Shown here one piece after another: positions 39,856 to 51,719 of a DNA stretch of 64,000 nucleotides; within the stretch, counting starts at the first letter, position 1, and each line of letters starts with the position of its first letter. A program made the position numbers and the translations under genes. Origin of the DNA: Glaucostegus cemiculus (Eukaryota); NCBI GenBank assembly GCA_976551045.1, contig CDPCPM010000011.1:5270001-5334000 (forward strand). Direction: 5' to 3'. The notes beneath the pieces are model-generated. The model saw only the letters and a program-made list of their open reading frames with translations, was not told the origin of the DNA and did not search any database.

Positions 39856-40187
39856 ACCAAGACCTCAATGGTGGAACAGGCAGACAAAGTTACTTCGAAC
39901 TCAATGGCTGTGAAGGCGGATGAAGGCTGCAACAAATCCATCGGTTCCAATCGTCATGGTTTCCATGCCATTGGAATCAGTTGGTTGATTTGTGAAGTAT
40001 TGTGTGCTTTTTGTAGTGCAACATCAAGTACACATTAAACAAATACACGCACAGGCATCTTCGCTCTGTGGGCAAGAATTTTCAGAGCCAAGATTGGACT
40101 CATAAGCCACTTGAGAGCCCATAAATAGATCAATGGAATGAGCACCATCATCCTCAACCTCAAGGGATAGCCACGACGATGACAACA
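39710..40187 (+). mobile_element. Full-length non-autonomous bipartite RTE-derived retroelement (478 bp)
   Basis: 14-bp TSD atattggtattggt (39696-39709 and 40188-40201); 5' part like BovB/Expander 5' UTRs (ccttgtcgtggtgg...ggtagggtcaccc); 3' part RIFRAKIGLISHLRAHK* (40075-40128), RTE-type 3' UTR atcatcctcaacctcaagggatagcc and a short trinucleotide tail. Confidence 0.85.
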
Positions 40188-40312
40188 ATATTGGTATTGG
40201 TTTATTACTGTCACTTGTACTGAGGCACATTGAAAAACTTGCTTGCATACCGATCGACAGGGTCAATTCATTACACAGTGCAGTTACATAGAGTTAGTAC
40301 AAAGTGCATATA
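40188..40312 (-). mobile_element. 3' tip of a Rex/Babar-like LINE with (ACCAAT)n tail
   Basis: Minus strand reads tttttcaatgtgcctcagtacaagtgacagtaataaaccaataccaat. Confidence 0.6.
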
Positions 40313-40639
40313 TACAGATTCAATGATTCGAATGGCTTTCTTCTATGTTGTAACCATTCTATAATTAATTTTTCATGCCTGAAATGGGGCACATGTGAGT
40401 CAGATGGAAAAGTGAAATTTCAAATTCCATCCGAATCTGGCCACTTCTCGATTTAACAGGGATGTGTTGAGGGACAACAACTCTGGATGCATCTTGGCTA
40501 GTTATATATTATACTGCTGCAGCCTTCACTTTAACATTGCCAAAGGAACCCAACAGTAGAAGTTGCAAAAAGGCTGAATCCATAATACAAAAGCTTTCTA
40601 CACACTACTTTGGGGCCTTCATTTGCAGTCCACTAAACT

Positions 40640-41300
40640 ATCCAATAACATTTCTCTGGCCCACAAATCTTTGCCCCCTCCTCCCCCTCTCCCCCTCAGT
40701 CATCCTCAGACCCACCAACTGCCTGGAAATAACTTCCAACCATTGGATCCTCAGGCTTCGCCATGACCACCATTGGGTTCCCTGGGTTTCCTTCCTTCTT
40801 CCACACCACTCACTCACCCTACCCCTTTCAGAGAAAGCCATCAGATCCTATGAAAACTGCTTCTCCAACCACACCTCTCCACAGTTTGAAGTACCCAGCC
40901 ACCATTTCCCCCTGGCTAGCAATAGACTCCAAGCATCATTTGCTGCATCCACAATTGGGTGTCTGGTGATTACAATTGGCTATTAGACGTGATTCTGCTA
41001 TCCATGGCCAATAGCCTCTTGCTCGACACCTTGTCCATCCAAAACCTCATTGACCTGCAACCTGCAACACATCCCCCATACTTCGGATTTCTTCCATAGC
41101 CTCTTACCCATTCTCCATAGTACACCCCACCAATCTACCACAAACAGTCCTTCTCCTTCCTTGATCTCTCTGGATCCTACCATCAATGTCCCTCCCTCAT
41201 ACCCCATCTGCCAGACCCTGAACTCTCCCTCCATCTTCTCTGTCTCACCTCGGGGTCCCAGATGTCCCAGATTTACCTGCCATAAGCTCGCTTGCCTTTC
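40640..41300 (+). mobile_element. Degraded L2-like LINE internal fragment
   Basis: C/T-rich L2-type composition; DFF...P segment and ctctggatccta (LDP) typical of the pre-RT region. Confidence 0.4.
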
Positions 41301-42159
41301 AGTCTAACTGGATGTGGTTAGGAAACCAGTTCCAAAATTGGTAATCTGCTCATGCTGTTGCATTTGCATGATTTGCTGAAAGCTTGTCATTTTATTTCCT
41401 GCTAAATTCTGCTTTCCCCTAGATTTCCCAGAAATATTCTGGCCATTTCATGCCAAGAACTTATCTGTTAGATTTACTCAAAGTGGAATTTGCCATAAAT
41501 GTCACCATCATACATTCAGGACATTTCTAAACTCTGACAACTTAATCCCACCTTGCTTTGTATAATGATGATCATATAATGTGCTCACCGTAACACTGGC
41601 TTGGATGTGACACGCCCATTGACCTATAGCAGGCTTGAATTTCTTTGCAGTCCCTGTGTACACAGGTGCATGTATATGTATATGGCTGCTATAACTTTCT
41701 TAATGAAATTGGATGTTTCTTGTCAAAGGTTAATCAGGATAAGTTGGAAGGGGTGACATACTTTGTTTCATTTTATCACTGTTGTCTTTACAGAACTAAT
41801 AATTTGTTGGCTGGAGGATCCAAATGGACTAAATTCAGCAAGGTGTTTTGAATAGGTAAACATTTAAATCTGTGTTCTATTATCCCTAGGAATCACTGTG
41901 TTTTAGTGTGTGCAGTGTTCAGCCAGCTGGCTCAATGTTATTGAAAGCCTGGACCATTTGCTTGCTCCAGGAATCCATGGCACTGCACTGCTCCAAATCC
42001 AACTGTGGTTGATTAATTGACATTCTAGATTCTGCTTTTTTTGAACTGAAGCACGTAAGAAATTGTTCTTTCTAAATGACAAATGTGGCAAGCACATGTG
42101 CATTAACCTCTTCTCAGTGAGTGTAAGACTTGTTGCCAGGTTCTCAGTTCCATTATTTG

Positions 42160-42595
42160 CCGGCCAAGGCTCAGTTGCTAACACACTTGCTTTTGAGTTA
42201 GAAGGTTGCTGTCCAAGCCCCAAAGGCTTGACCACAACATCCAGGCTGAGACTCCAATTCAGTAAAGATGCTGTTTCATTGAAGGTGCTGTTTTTGGATA
42301 AAAATTCAAAGTGAAGCCCTTCTGGAACTGCAGGTGGATGTAGAAGATGCCATGGTACTATTTTGAAGAGAAGTGGCAGAGTGACTCTGTTGTCTAAACT
42401 AATATTTATCTTTTGCATAATCAGTTTCAGTGTTTTGGTCCTTTGGTCCTTATCACACAGCTCTTTATTGAATATTGCTGTGTGAAGGTTAGCCATGCAC
42501 TTCCTACATTACTATGGTAACTACAATTTCAAAAGTAGTTAATTGGTTTTAAAGCATTTTGGGATAAAGTTGGCTATATAAAATTACATGCTAGT
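42160..42595 (+). mobile_element. Near full-length Deu-domain SINE (SacSINE1-like)
   Basis: tRNA-like head ggctcagttgctaacacac...gagttagaaggttg; Deu core ggtggatgtagaagatgccatggtactattttgaagag; L2-like tail aaagcattttgggat...ctatataaa. Confidence 0.7.
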
Positions 42596-42639
42596 CTTTT
42601 GATTTACTATCTGCATACCAGTCTTTGGTAACATAATCT

Positions 42640-43330
42640 AAAGATAAAGGTGCAATATTTTGTATTTTTCTGCCACATCTCTCAAACTCTACCATTGTCA
42701 CTGATTTCACACACCCCGACACTGTCTCAGGGTGAAGCAGCTAGTTTGCTACTTTGGTGGCTAAATTAACCCTAAACTGAACTTCTGTCTCAACATCCCT
42801 ATCACATACTGCACTTGTTTCTGTCCCAGTTAACAACACCTGCCTCCACCATCCTTGCTGAAACCCTCATCTTGTCTTAGTGATTAGCTGACATGAATAT
42901 TCAAAAATTCTTCTAACCAACCTTGCACCTTCCATACTTAGTAAACTAATTTACTGAAAATTCTGCTGCCCATACGTTATTCTGTACCATTTACCTACAG
43001 CTACAATTTTTTCTCAGGTCCTTGGGATTCTAGCTGTCTAAATCCTTGTTTTTTTTATAACTTCCGGCCTCTCCCACCTTGCATTTCCTTTTGCAAATTT
43101 CATAATTTTGATTCTGGCATTTTGTTCATCCTCTTAATGCCAACCATGAATGGTGGGCAAATTCAGCTGTCTCTATATCTGCATCTCTTTGCCTCTCAAC
43201 TTCTTTCTTCTTCTTCACTATAATCCACCTCCCTTTCCAAGCTTTTGAAGACCTTCCCTGCTATTTCTCCTCTTAGCTCAGTGTTAATTTTTGTCTGATT
43301 TCTCTCTTCTATATATATTAGGATTTAGAT
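42640..43330 (+). mobile_element. Old L2 LINE 3' fragment(s)
   Basis: gctgaaaccctcatc...aaaattctgctgccc correspond to the L2 ETLIHA...QNSAA region. Confidence 0.55.
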
Positions 43331-43769
43331 TTAAAAAGCTACCTCTCCATTCACAATCACTAGATCAGATTGGAACATTATCCTTTTATTCCTGGCACTT
43401 AGGTCAAAATCTACCTGGAACAAAAGAAGATGAAGCTTTATGTACTTTGCTTGAGTATATGGAGAAGCAGTGTGCTGTTCTCCAAGTTGTTGTAAGCTCC
43501 GATGCTGGTGGTTTCCTCTTCCTGAGGAATGATATGTGACGATATATTAAAATCATATTGTTTATTATTGAGGATCCAGATTCAAACTGTGGTTTAATAG
43601 TGGATAATAAGTGTCTCAGCTGTTAATAATCATACATGGAATGAATTGAGCACCAATGGCCACAGTGAAACACTGTTCTCAGCATCTGTAGTTAGAGACC
43701 AAAAACTGGGATAAACACACACACGCAAAGACAATGTTCTTCATACAAAAACAAAATAATGGTTCACAT

Positions 43770-44450
43770 TGATGCTGGTTATTTTAAGTTCACTTGGACA
43801 GTTTCTGATTACAGGGTCTTGCAATTGGCCATCAATAACTCCCAAATTAATGAACAACCTTTAATTACCATTTACTGGCGGTTTGTCAAATTTCATTTCA
43901 TAAATCGCTTGTACTGCACTTTTCCAAATTAACTCAGCTGAGAGTCATTCTCTGACTGCTATCAAAGCCAGCAATTACGCATTTTACAGATTAATTTCTT
44001 GTCAAACACATGCCGATGAGTTTTATTCTCTCCTAGGACACTTCAATCTATTAACTGCAGCTTTAGGCACACACAATTAAGTCCAGTTCCTATGCTGAGG
44101 GTCTCCAAAGCATGTCGCTGTGCACCAAAGCCACTCAGTCATAGAGTCACCATTTCCCAGGAGTTTTTCTTATGAACAGAAAAATCAATTAGAAAGTAAC
44201 CTGGCTAAGCTGATTCTTCACTTATTAATGGCTCCACATTTTTAACTGTTTACTGACCATTATTTGTCCTGCAGTGTGCTGTGCTAATGTTATTCGTGTA
44301 TATTAGAGCACACTACACATGTTGCATTCACCGACTGGTTATTGACATTAAAATTAGAGCACAGTAATAATAAAATGACAGATTGGTACTTGTAGTTGGA
44401 GTCCTCAGCTAGGTTAATAACATGCCATTAACATCAGTTTGAACTGATGA
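43770..44450. promoter_or_regulatory. Candidate conserved non-coding element cluster
   Basis: Unique block dense in TAATTA/TAATGG, CATAAATC, TTGTCAAA (twice), E-box CAGCTG and retained CpGs. Confidence 0.4.
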
Positions 44451-45374
44451 AGACATGTCTCAATTAATAATTTCTTGCTCTCCCTGGATCAGTTAGATGG
44501 GCTGGATTATGCTGGAGCAGATCCGCCGCATGCGCTGTTCCTGTGGCCGCACTTACCTTCTGTGGCTCTGCGATTCCAGTCAAGCCCAACACCTCAGTGC
44601 CAATGGCAACCAGGCCTCAGGCTGCAGGTACCAAGGTCCCGAATTGCTCAGATGGCCTACTGATATCTCATCATTGTCAAAGACTTCTGAGTTGTTTTAA
44701 ATGTTGCTAATAATCTGATACATTAAAAAAAACTTCAAATATTAAATCACAATTAAAAAAAATATTTGTAAGATAATTTTTATTTCTACTAGAAATTAAC
44801 CATAAACAAAGATAAAATAAAATAAATTAACTTCATAACTGCACTTGTCTAATAATCAAGGTTGGTAACCCCATCATTTGAACTTAAGTCAGCAATAGAC
44901 AAGTGTATCTGACTCCAGAGTTGAGGATCTTTGTGTTCCACCCTTGGAGTTGATGGAGAGTCCAGGTTAACACTGACTTCTGTGTGCAGTGCTCTATAAG
45001 TTCAAGTTGCAATGCTAGCTTTGATGTGAGTGAACACATTCAGACAATCTGTCTTTAATTAGAATACCCTATAACTAGATATCTAAGGATAGATTAAACT
45101 AGGCCCCAATTCAAAAGAATCCCTGCCATCCAGCAGGCAAATTGTCATCAAGCTGATTGGGAAGGCAATCTCAGCCAAGTAAAGAATTCTCTCAGCCAGG
45201 GAAAAAGTGTAAATTTTTTAGCTAATATTGTAAATAGACAACAAATAATTGAATATTATATAAAATTAAGATGAATACAGAAATTTCATTAACATTTAAA
45301 CAATAAAAACATTAAAACACATTATATTTTGAAATATTTATACATGGAAATTGTAGTCCACATCTATAACTCAA

Positions 45375-45946
45375 TGTATCACTGTTTGGTTTGGAAGCTG
45401 CTCAGCTGCTGGGCGGAAGTCCCTCCAGAAGATAGTTAAGGCTGCGGAGTGGATCATAGGTGTCTTGCTCCCATCCCTCGCAGACATATACAAAGACCGT
45501 TGTGTGAGGAAGACCAAAAGCATAATGGCCAACCCCTCTCACCCCTCCCACCACAATTTTGCCATCAGGGAGGAGGCTTAAATGTATCAGGGCAAGAACG
45601 TCCAGGCTGAACAATAGCTTCTTTCCGCAAGCCATCAGAACTGCAAACTCTCTCATCCCTCCATCTTCCTTTGTTAACACTAGGAGATGCTAGGTGTACA
45701 GAAATGCACCAGCACTTTAAATGCCCGACACCAGCCCGTTCACTTTAAGATCTATTTATTTAAGAACTAATGGGTAATGTTTTGTACTGTGTATTCTGCC
45801 AAGTGTGTATGTGTCTCTCTGTTGGTTGTTATGTTATTCTTTTTTTTATGAGACGTGCACCTGTGGAGGACGGTATCTCGCTCCTATTTTTTACCATGTA
45901 TGTATATGGTTGTGACAATAAAACTGATTCTGATTCTGATTCTGAT
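45375..45946 (+). mobile_element. 5'-truncated Rex1/Babar LINE
   Basis: CITVWFGSCSAAGRKSLQKIVKAAEWIIG...HPSHHNF, frameshift, LPSGRRLKCIRARTSRLNNSFFPQAIR; tail gtgacaataaaa(ctgatt)n. Confidence 0.9.
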
Positions 45947-47354
45947 ACTCTTTCAGACTGTAATTTGTGGAGGAGCACTGAATCATTTACAGCAACTCCA
46001 TGGTTTCCATGTTAAGCTACATATGTACAGAAGTCATCACGTTGCTGTCAGTTTCACAACTTAATGGCAACAATGCTAATAGATTTTCAAAATCCAACCC
46101 TGGCCTATCTTGTCCTTGGATGGGTTTCACTAATAATTTTCATTCAACTAACTACTGAATTCCTACTCTCAATGTGAGGGCTGAAAATCAGCTGGCTTTT
46201 CATTACTGAGCCTTCTGCCACTACTCGCTACCTCTTCCCAGCAACTCTTCTTTCAAGTGGAAGTAAAAGATCCGAAACCAATGTTGGATGAGGAATGGGG
46301 GATCTCTCCAACATCAGCTCTCAAATGTCACCAGCAAAACAAATGACCAGGTCAGAAACTTCACTGCTGATATGGCTCCTCCATCTGCCTGCTCTTCAAA
46401 TGGAATTCATTGACCGTGAAGTGGTCTGTACATCTTCAAAACATGAAAGACACACTGCTTTACTAGATTTAATTTTAAAAGATATTGGCATTTGGATCTT
46501 TAAAATATGTTGAAACCATCAGTAAGTAGCAGGTTAAATAAATTGATGTATTTTGCATTTAAGAACAAGTTACTTTATGCCTCAAATCCAGTTCTTTATA
46601 TGGCAAGTATTGCATTAGAAGCATGCATCATGCAGTTATCCAGCTAAAACAAAATGGCAGTGAAATTTAAAAGATGAAGTCACAAAGATTAGCTTCGGAA
46701 ATTAACCATACTCCAGTGTTTGGGACACGTATTATTTTTGGCAGAACTGGTAAAAGGAACATATCTGGTCAACTAAGCCCCATCCTCTGAGTCAAAGCGC
46801 CAAGTCAGCTATTTATATTTTGGTCTGCTTGCAGTGATAATAGATTACACCTGCACAAATTGATGTTAACTGAATGACCTTTTCTGTTTTGTTTTCAGAA
46901 CAATGGGAATGTCTATTAAAATCACAATCTTTTCAACTATGTGCCTCGCATAAATAGCAATATCCTGATTGCTTGTGCACAATAGAATCTGCATATGAGC
47001 AACAGCTTGCAGCACACTCCATGAAGCATATAGAAGGCTGACCACTCAGCTGCTGTCAGATTGGTCAACACATGTTGGTCTGACTTGGCTGCTTTATTGA
47101 CTTTGGCATTCCTGGCTGATAGTTCAAAACAGGAACTATGTATATCAATATTGGGCAGTGAAGGTTTAATCACGGATTTAAAACTACTTAACCTTAATAA
47201 TATTATAACTAGCAAGACAATTGTTCCAACTATTGAGAAACAGATGGTCTGAATTTCTTGTGTATTAATAAACATGAGTATTTGAATTCTAAAACGCTGT
47301 AATATGATGTGGAAGTTCTAAACAAGCCACAGCTTTGAGTCTGGCATCAAGCTC

Positions 47355-47745
47355 GACCAAACTTGTATTTATATAGCAATTTACATGATCTCTGAATGTG
47401 CTAAAGTGGTTTACAGTGGATTAATTGCAAACAGAGGCATTGATTCTGTTACAATGTGGTGAGGATGCACAAGCAATACTGCATTAATGACCAGATAACT
47501 TATTTTTCATCATTGGTTGTGAGGCAATTATTGGCCAGGACTTCTGGGAGACCCCAGTTATTTCTAGTGCTATGGGATATTCTATGTTCACTTCAGAGGG
47601 GGTTCTTGTCTTTGGTTTAACATTTCCTCTAAAAGTTAGCACCTCTGGCAATGCAACATTCCCCAGTCCTACACTGGAGTTTTCACCCTGGATTTAAAAT
47701 CCAAAAGGATTCCAGAGCATCCTGGCTCAGAGATGAGTGGGTGAA
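47355..47745 (-). mobile_element. Deu-domain SINE (SacSINE1-like)
   Basis: aacttgtatttatatagc...gtgctatgggatattctatgttcac...gcacctctggcaatgcaacattccccagt. Confidence 0.65.
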
Positions 47746-48029
47746 GATTTGAAATGTTGATGGCAGAGTAAGGGAAAAATTGTGCAGGAGCTGTGGGGAG
47801 GTGTGATGATACTGTGGTTAGATTACTTAAGTGAACCTCAAAGTCACTGGTACAAATTATCAGACTATCTGCATCCCATTTACGGTCTCAGGACAAAACC
47901 AGGGGCAGAAGAGTTCCTTGCTCACTGAAGACAAAATAGATCCTAAGACAGAGTTCACCTTATCAAAATACTTGGGTATTTTATACTCATTATTGGTCAT
48001 AAACAGCCATCTTATTATTTTATTTGTTT

Positions 48030-48570
48030 TTAAATTTTCCACTACCTTTCACTATATTTCCTGCCATCATCGAGATCCTCGCTTTTTACTTCCTGTGTGA
48101 CATTGTCCCTTGTCAATTCCACAGCTCCCAAAATGCATACACTTGTTGCCATTAAAGCTGGCAATTCCAGTGCAGTATTGGCTAGCCTTCCTTGTCTTCC
48201 TGAGGACATCTTAATCTCTGCTGTCCTTGTCCTAGTTCACTCCAAATCTTGTTCATTGATGAACTTGTGCTTGCTGACCTACTGTACTTCAATGTTCCAG
48301 TTTTAATATCTCATAGCTACTCACTTCTCTTCTAACCCCATAGCTCTCCAATATATCTGTGTTCCTCCAGTTCTGGCTTCTTGATCAGCCTTCAGACTTA
48401 ATAGCTTCACCATCATTGGCTGTACATTATCTGCCAGGGATTTAAGCTTTGAAAATCCTTCCCTCAATCTCTTTGTCTAACCTCTCATTTGACTTTCATT
48501 ATACTCCTTACATCTTTGTCCAAGATTTAGGTCAACTGCCAAGGTATCTCCTTATGTGGTTTTGGGATCT
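48030..48570 (+). mobile_element. Old L2 LINE 3' fragment
   Basis: tctgctgtccttgtcctagttcactccaaatc...tgcttgctgacctac...tcctccagttctggcttc. Confidence 0.6.
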
Positions 48571-49560
48571 TTCTCTCTCTGTAAACAAGGAACCTTTGTG
48601 AACTTAGTTTATTCTATGACCATTAATAGGTTATCATAATGTCTATATCCCATTTATACATTTGATAAATTGTAGCACTGACTAAGTGTTCTGCTTAATT
48701 AGATTTAGCCCACCACAACTCCTCCCTGTGGCCTCCATTTGTTCTGCAATCACATTTTTTGGATAACATTCTTGTGGTGTAACTTTGGACATTTTGCTAG
48801 ATTAACAATGCTGTAGGAAAAGATTTCTTGTTAAGTTGCCACCCTATTACCTGGAATTGAGAATTTGCCACAGGTCTGATATGTGTAAATGTAAAAGCCA
48901 AATTATTTGATAAAGAAACACAGAAAATTAAAAGTAAATAGTAGCAGCAGGACACGAGCATGATTCTGTTTCCATACCTCATCCATCCTGCTACCCTGGT
49001 GGGTGGACATGATGGGCTCTCATCTGTTGTAGCCATGGGAATTTAATTCTAAGGATGATAGATGGATGAAGGTTGATGAGGCAGGATATAGGAACAAATG
49101 TGCTTTCCAAACTTTTATTTTAATTGCCTTGGAGGGAAGAATTTTAAGGATCTTTTCTGCCTTCCATGATAGATTAGATATGTAAAAAGCATTTGTATTC
49201 CAAGGTTCATATTAGAAAAGTTTCCTGTGCAATATGACAAATGTGTGGTCTGTTTTCAAAGAAGTAAGCCAAACTCAAGTGTACTTGATTAAAATGAATG
49301 CAATTTTGTCATGTTACATGTCTGTTCAAACCAGACCTAGTCCAGAGTTTTCAACTGATGCCAGGCAAACAAGCAGCTTAACACATAGAAGGCTAAATAT
49401 TTTATCAAAGCATTTTGCAAGTATCCAGCATTGCCATGGCCTTTCAATTCAATGCTGGTCACTGATGTGCAAGAAGAGGCTTTGTCTCTCAGTCAGAGAC
49501 TGTGCTTATCTAAATGATGTGAATATCTGCCTCTTACATTACAGCACAACTGGAGTTAGG

Positions 49561-49592
49561 CCCTACTGACATCTCATGAGGTGTCAGTAGGG
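49561..49592. repeat. 32-bp near-perfect palindrome
   Basis: ccctactgacatctca|tgaggtgtcagtaggg; 15 of 16 Watson-Crick pairs plus one T-G. Confidence 0.9.
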
Positions 49593-50271
49593 AACAACAT
49601 CACCTATCAGGCAAGCACTTTTCAACAGAACTGGATTTACACAAATGTATGGAGATGTCCCTGAGGCAATGAACATTCAAAATGAATGCAGATGAAATAC
49701 CAATGTTTGATACTTTTTTTGAAGTAAATCACAAAGCTAATTTCTGTCCATTATACTTGGGTTGATTCAGTGTGTATTTTGGTAATCATAGAGTCCCACT
49801 GTATCAGTTTAAGAGCTGCATTTTGTTTTAAATTATAGCTTTGGACTCTTGATGAAGCAGAGGTTCTGACGTGTCAACAAGGAAGGATTATATAAAGAAA
49901 TAATAGTATACTGAATCTAAAACTATGTCACTTAGAACCAAAATAAGACAACCTATACTACAAATGTCAAAGTTATTAGAAAAATAGAATAGAATACATT
50001 AAAGAGGATTTAAAATGAACCTTAAATATTCAGTATGACTGGACATATTTTAAAAATCTCCACTATTTAGGTATTGACATAGTTACTGCATCAGCAGCTT
50101 ACACAGTTCAGTGATCAGATCATTTTGGATACAGAAGATCATCATAGAATATGTTTATTAAATAGATGTCAATCAATTTTACTTTTCAAAAGAAAGTTTG
50201 CTTTAAAATCTGCTGTTGGTATAATAGGCTGCAAGATATGATGGAAGTCATCAGTGCAGGAAAGAAATTTT

Positions 50272-50412
50272 GTGGAAAACAGTAGATGCTGGAACGGGAA
50301 ACAAAAACAGAAATGCTGCAAGAAATGCAACAACCTGACACATTGACAGGTTTCTCTTTCCACTGATGCTGCTTGACTGGCTGATTATTTTCCAGCTTTT
50401 TGTTTTTGTTTA
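50272..50412. mobile_element. Inverted pair of Penelope-type terminal fragments
   Basis: agatgctggaa...aaacagaaatgctg faces gatgctgcttgactggctga...ccagctttttgttttt. Confidence 0.5.
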
Positions 50413-51119
50413 AGAAACAGGCTGCAGCAATATTTAGTCAGAGTGGAGATTCAGAGTAATTTCCTCTTTTCCTAATCTAAGTCTCTGCAACCCCCAAATC
50501 CTTAAAGGCAATTAATTCTATGGATAGTCTCCCTACTCTGCTGAGAATTTCTAACAATGCTCAAAGATTGACATCAGTGCACCATGGGAATGGCTCTTGC
50601 TGGCATTACACTGCTGTTCAAATCTTAAGTCAGGGTCCAAGTCACAGAATAAATTTAGTGCAGTGTCAAGCCACTTTTGTAAAGCATCAGGGCATCTATT
50701 CAATCCAGGACACTTGTTCAAAGTAACTTAGTGGCAATTCTCCCCTGCCTCACATATACTGATACTTGTGTTACTCATTCCCAGTTCTAATTCCAGCTGG
50801 GCTTGGAAGAGCATGGTAAATACTCCCTAGAAGTATGTCAAAAGACAGAAGAAAAAGGATCAGAAATTGCCTTCTTTTATGTGTGTGTATTTTCCTGCCA
50901 TGTTTGATGTTATGGATGAAATAAAGCAAAATATGAAGTTACTGAATTCCATTATCAGCCTGGAGTGGATATCAGTAAAACAAACAGAACAAATCCTTGC
51001 TAAGGTTCTATCTAGTGCACTATATGAAAAGTCATTAAACACTGACTCCATTGTGAGTGATAATGATATTTCTGTTAGAACAATCATTAACAATTAATTG
51101 ATCAATAAAACAACACTTG

Positions 51120-51665
51120 CAATTATAGAGCTAGGAGCTTCAAAGGAGTGTTATCAAAAGATTGATGGTGGGACACATAAGATATAAGGGGAGGTAAACA
51201 TACTTCATGGTAGGGAAGTTTTAAGAGTGTCTTCAAGGGGGAAGGGGCAGCGTGGAGGTGTAAGGTGTTTAGGAAGGGAATTTGAGAACTTGGAGCCCAG
51301 GTAGCTGTTTGCTCAGTTGCCAGTGTTGAAGTGATTAATATCAGGAATGCACTGATAGCTCAGTACTGCCGTGCCGGAGGAAGTTGCAGCAATGGGAAGG
51401 GGAAACACTGTGAAAGGATTGAAACCCAGGGTGAAATTACAAAAGGTCAGAGGTCAAGGTAGGCCAACTAGCACAGAGATGCTGGGTAAATGGGTCTTGG
51501 TATGAGCTAGATGTTGCAGCTGAATTTTGGATGATTTTAATCTTATGTGAGATGGAAGATAGGAAACTGGGCAGGAGAGTTGAAATGGGCAGGTCTGGAG
51601 GTTGAAAATGACTTGATTGAGGTTTATCAGTAACAGATAAGCTGAGTCAGACAATGTTAGCGATG
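51120..51665 (-). mobile_element. Old L2 LINE fragment
   Basis: gttttaagagtgtcttcaaggggg...ggaagggaatttgagaacttggagcccagg is antisense of an L2 3' region. Confidence 0.6.
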
Positions 51666-51719
51666 TTAGGGATTGGAAAAATGTTCTTACTCTCTGGTAT
51701 TTTGCTGTTGAGTCATACA

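Noticed and set aside
41903-42496. 197-aa minus-strand ORF
   Set aside because: Mostly antisense of a Deu-SINE; no recognisable domain
46937-47275. 112-aa ORF with hydrophobic N-terminus
   Set aside because: No recognisable family or exon context; expected by chance in AT-rich DNA
50860-51097. Overlapping ORFs on both strands
   Set aside because: Short, with no homology recognised and no splice support
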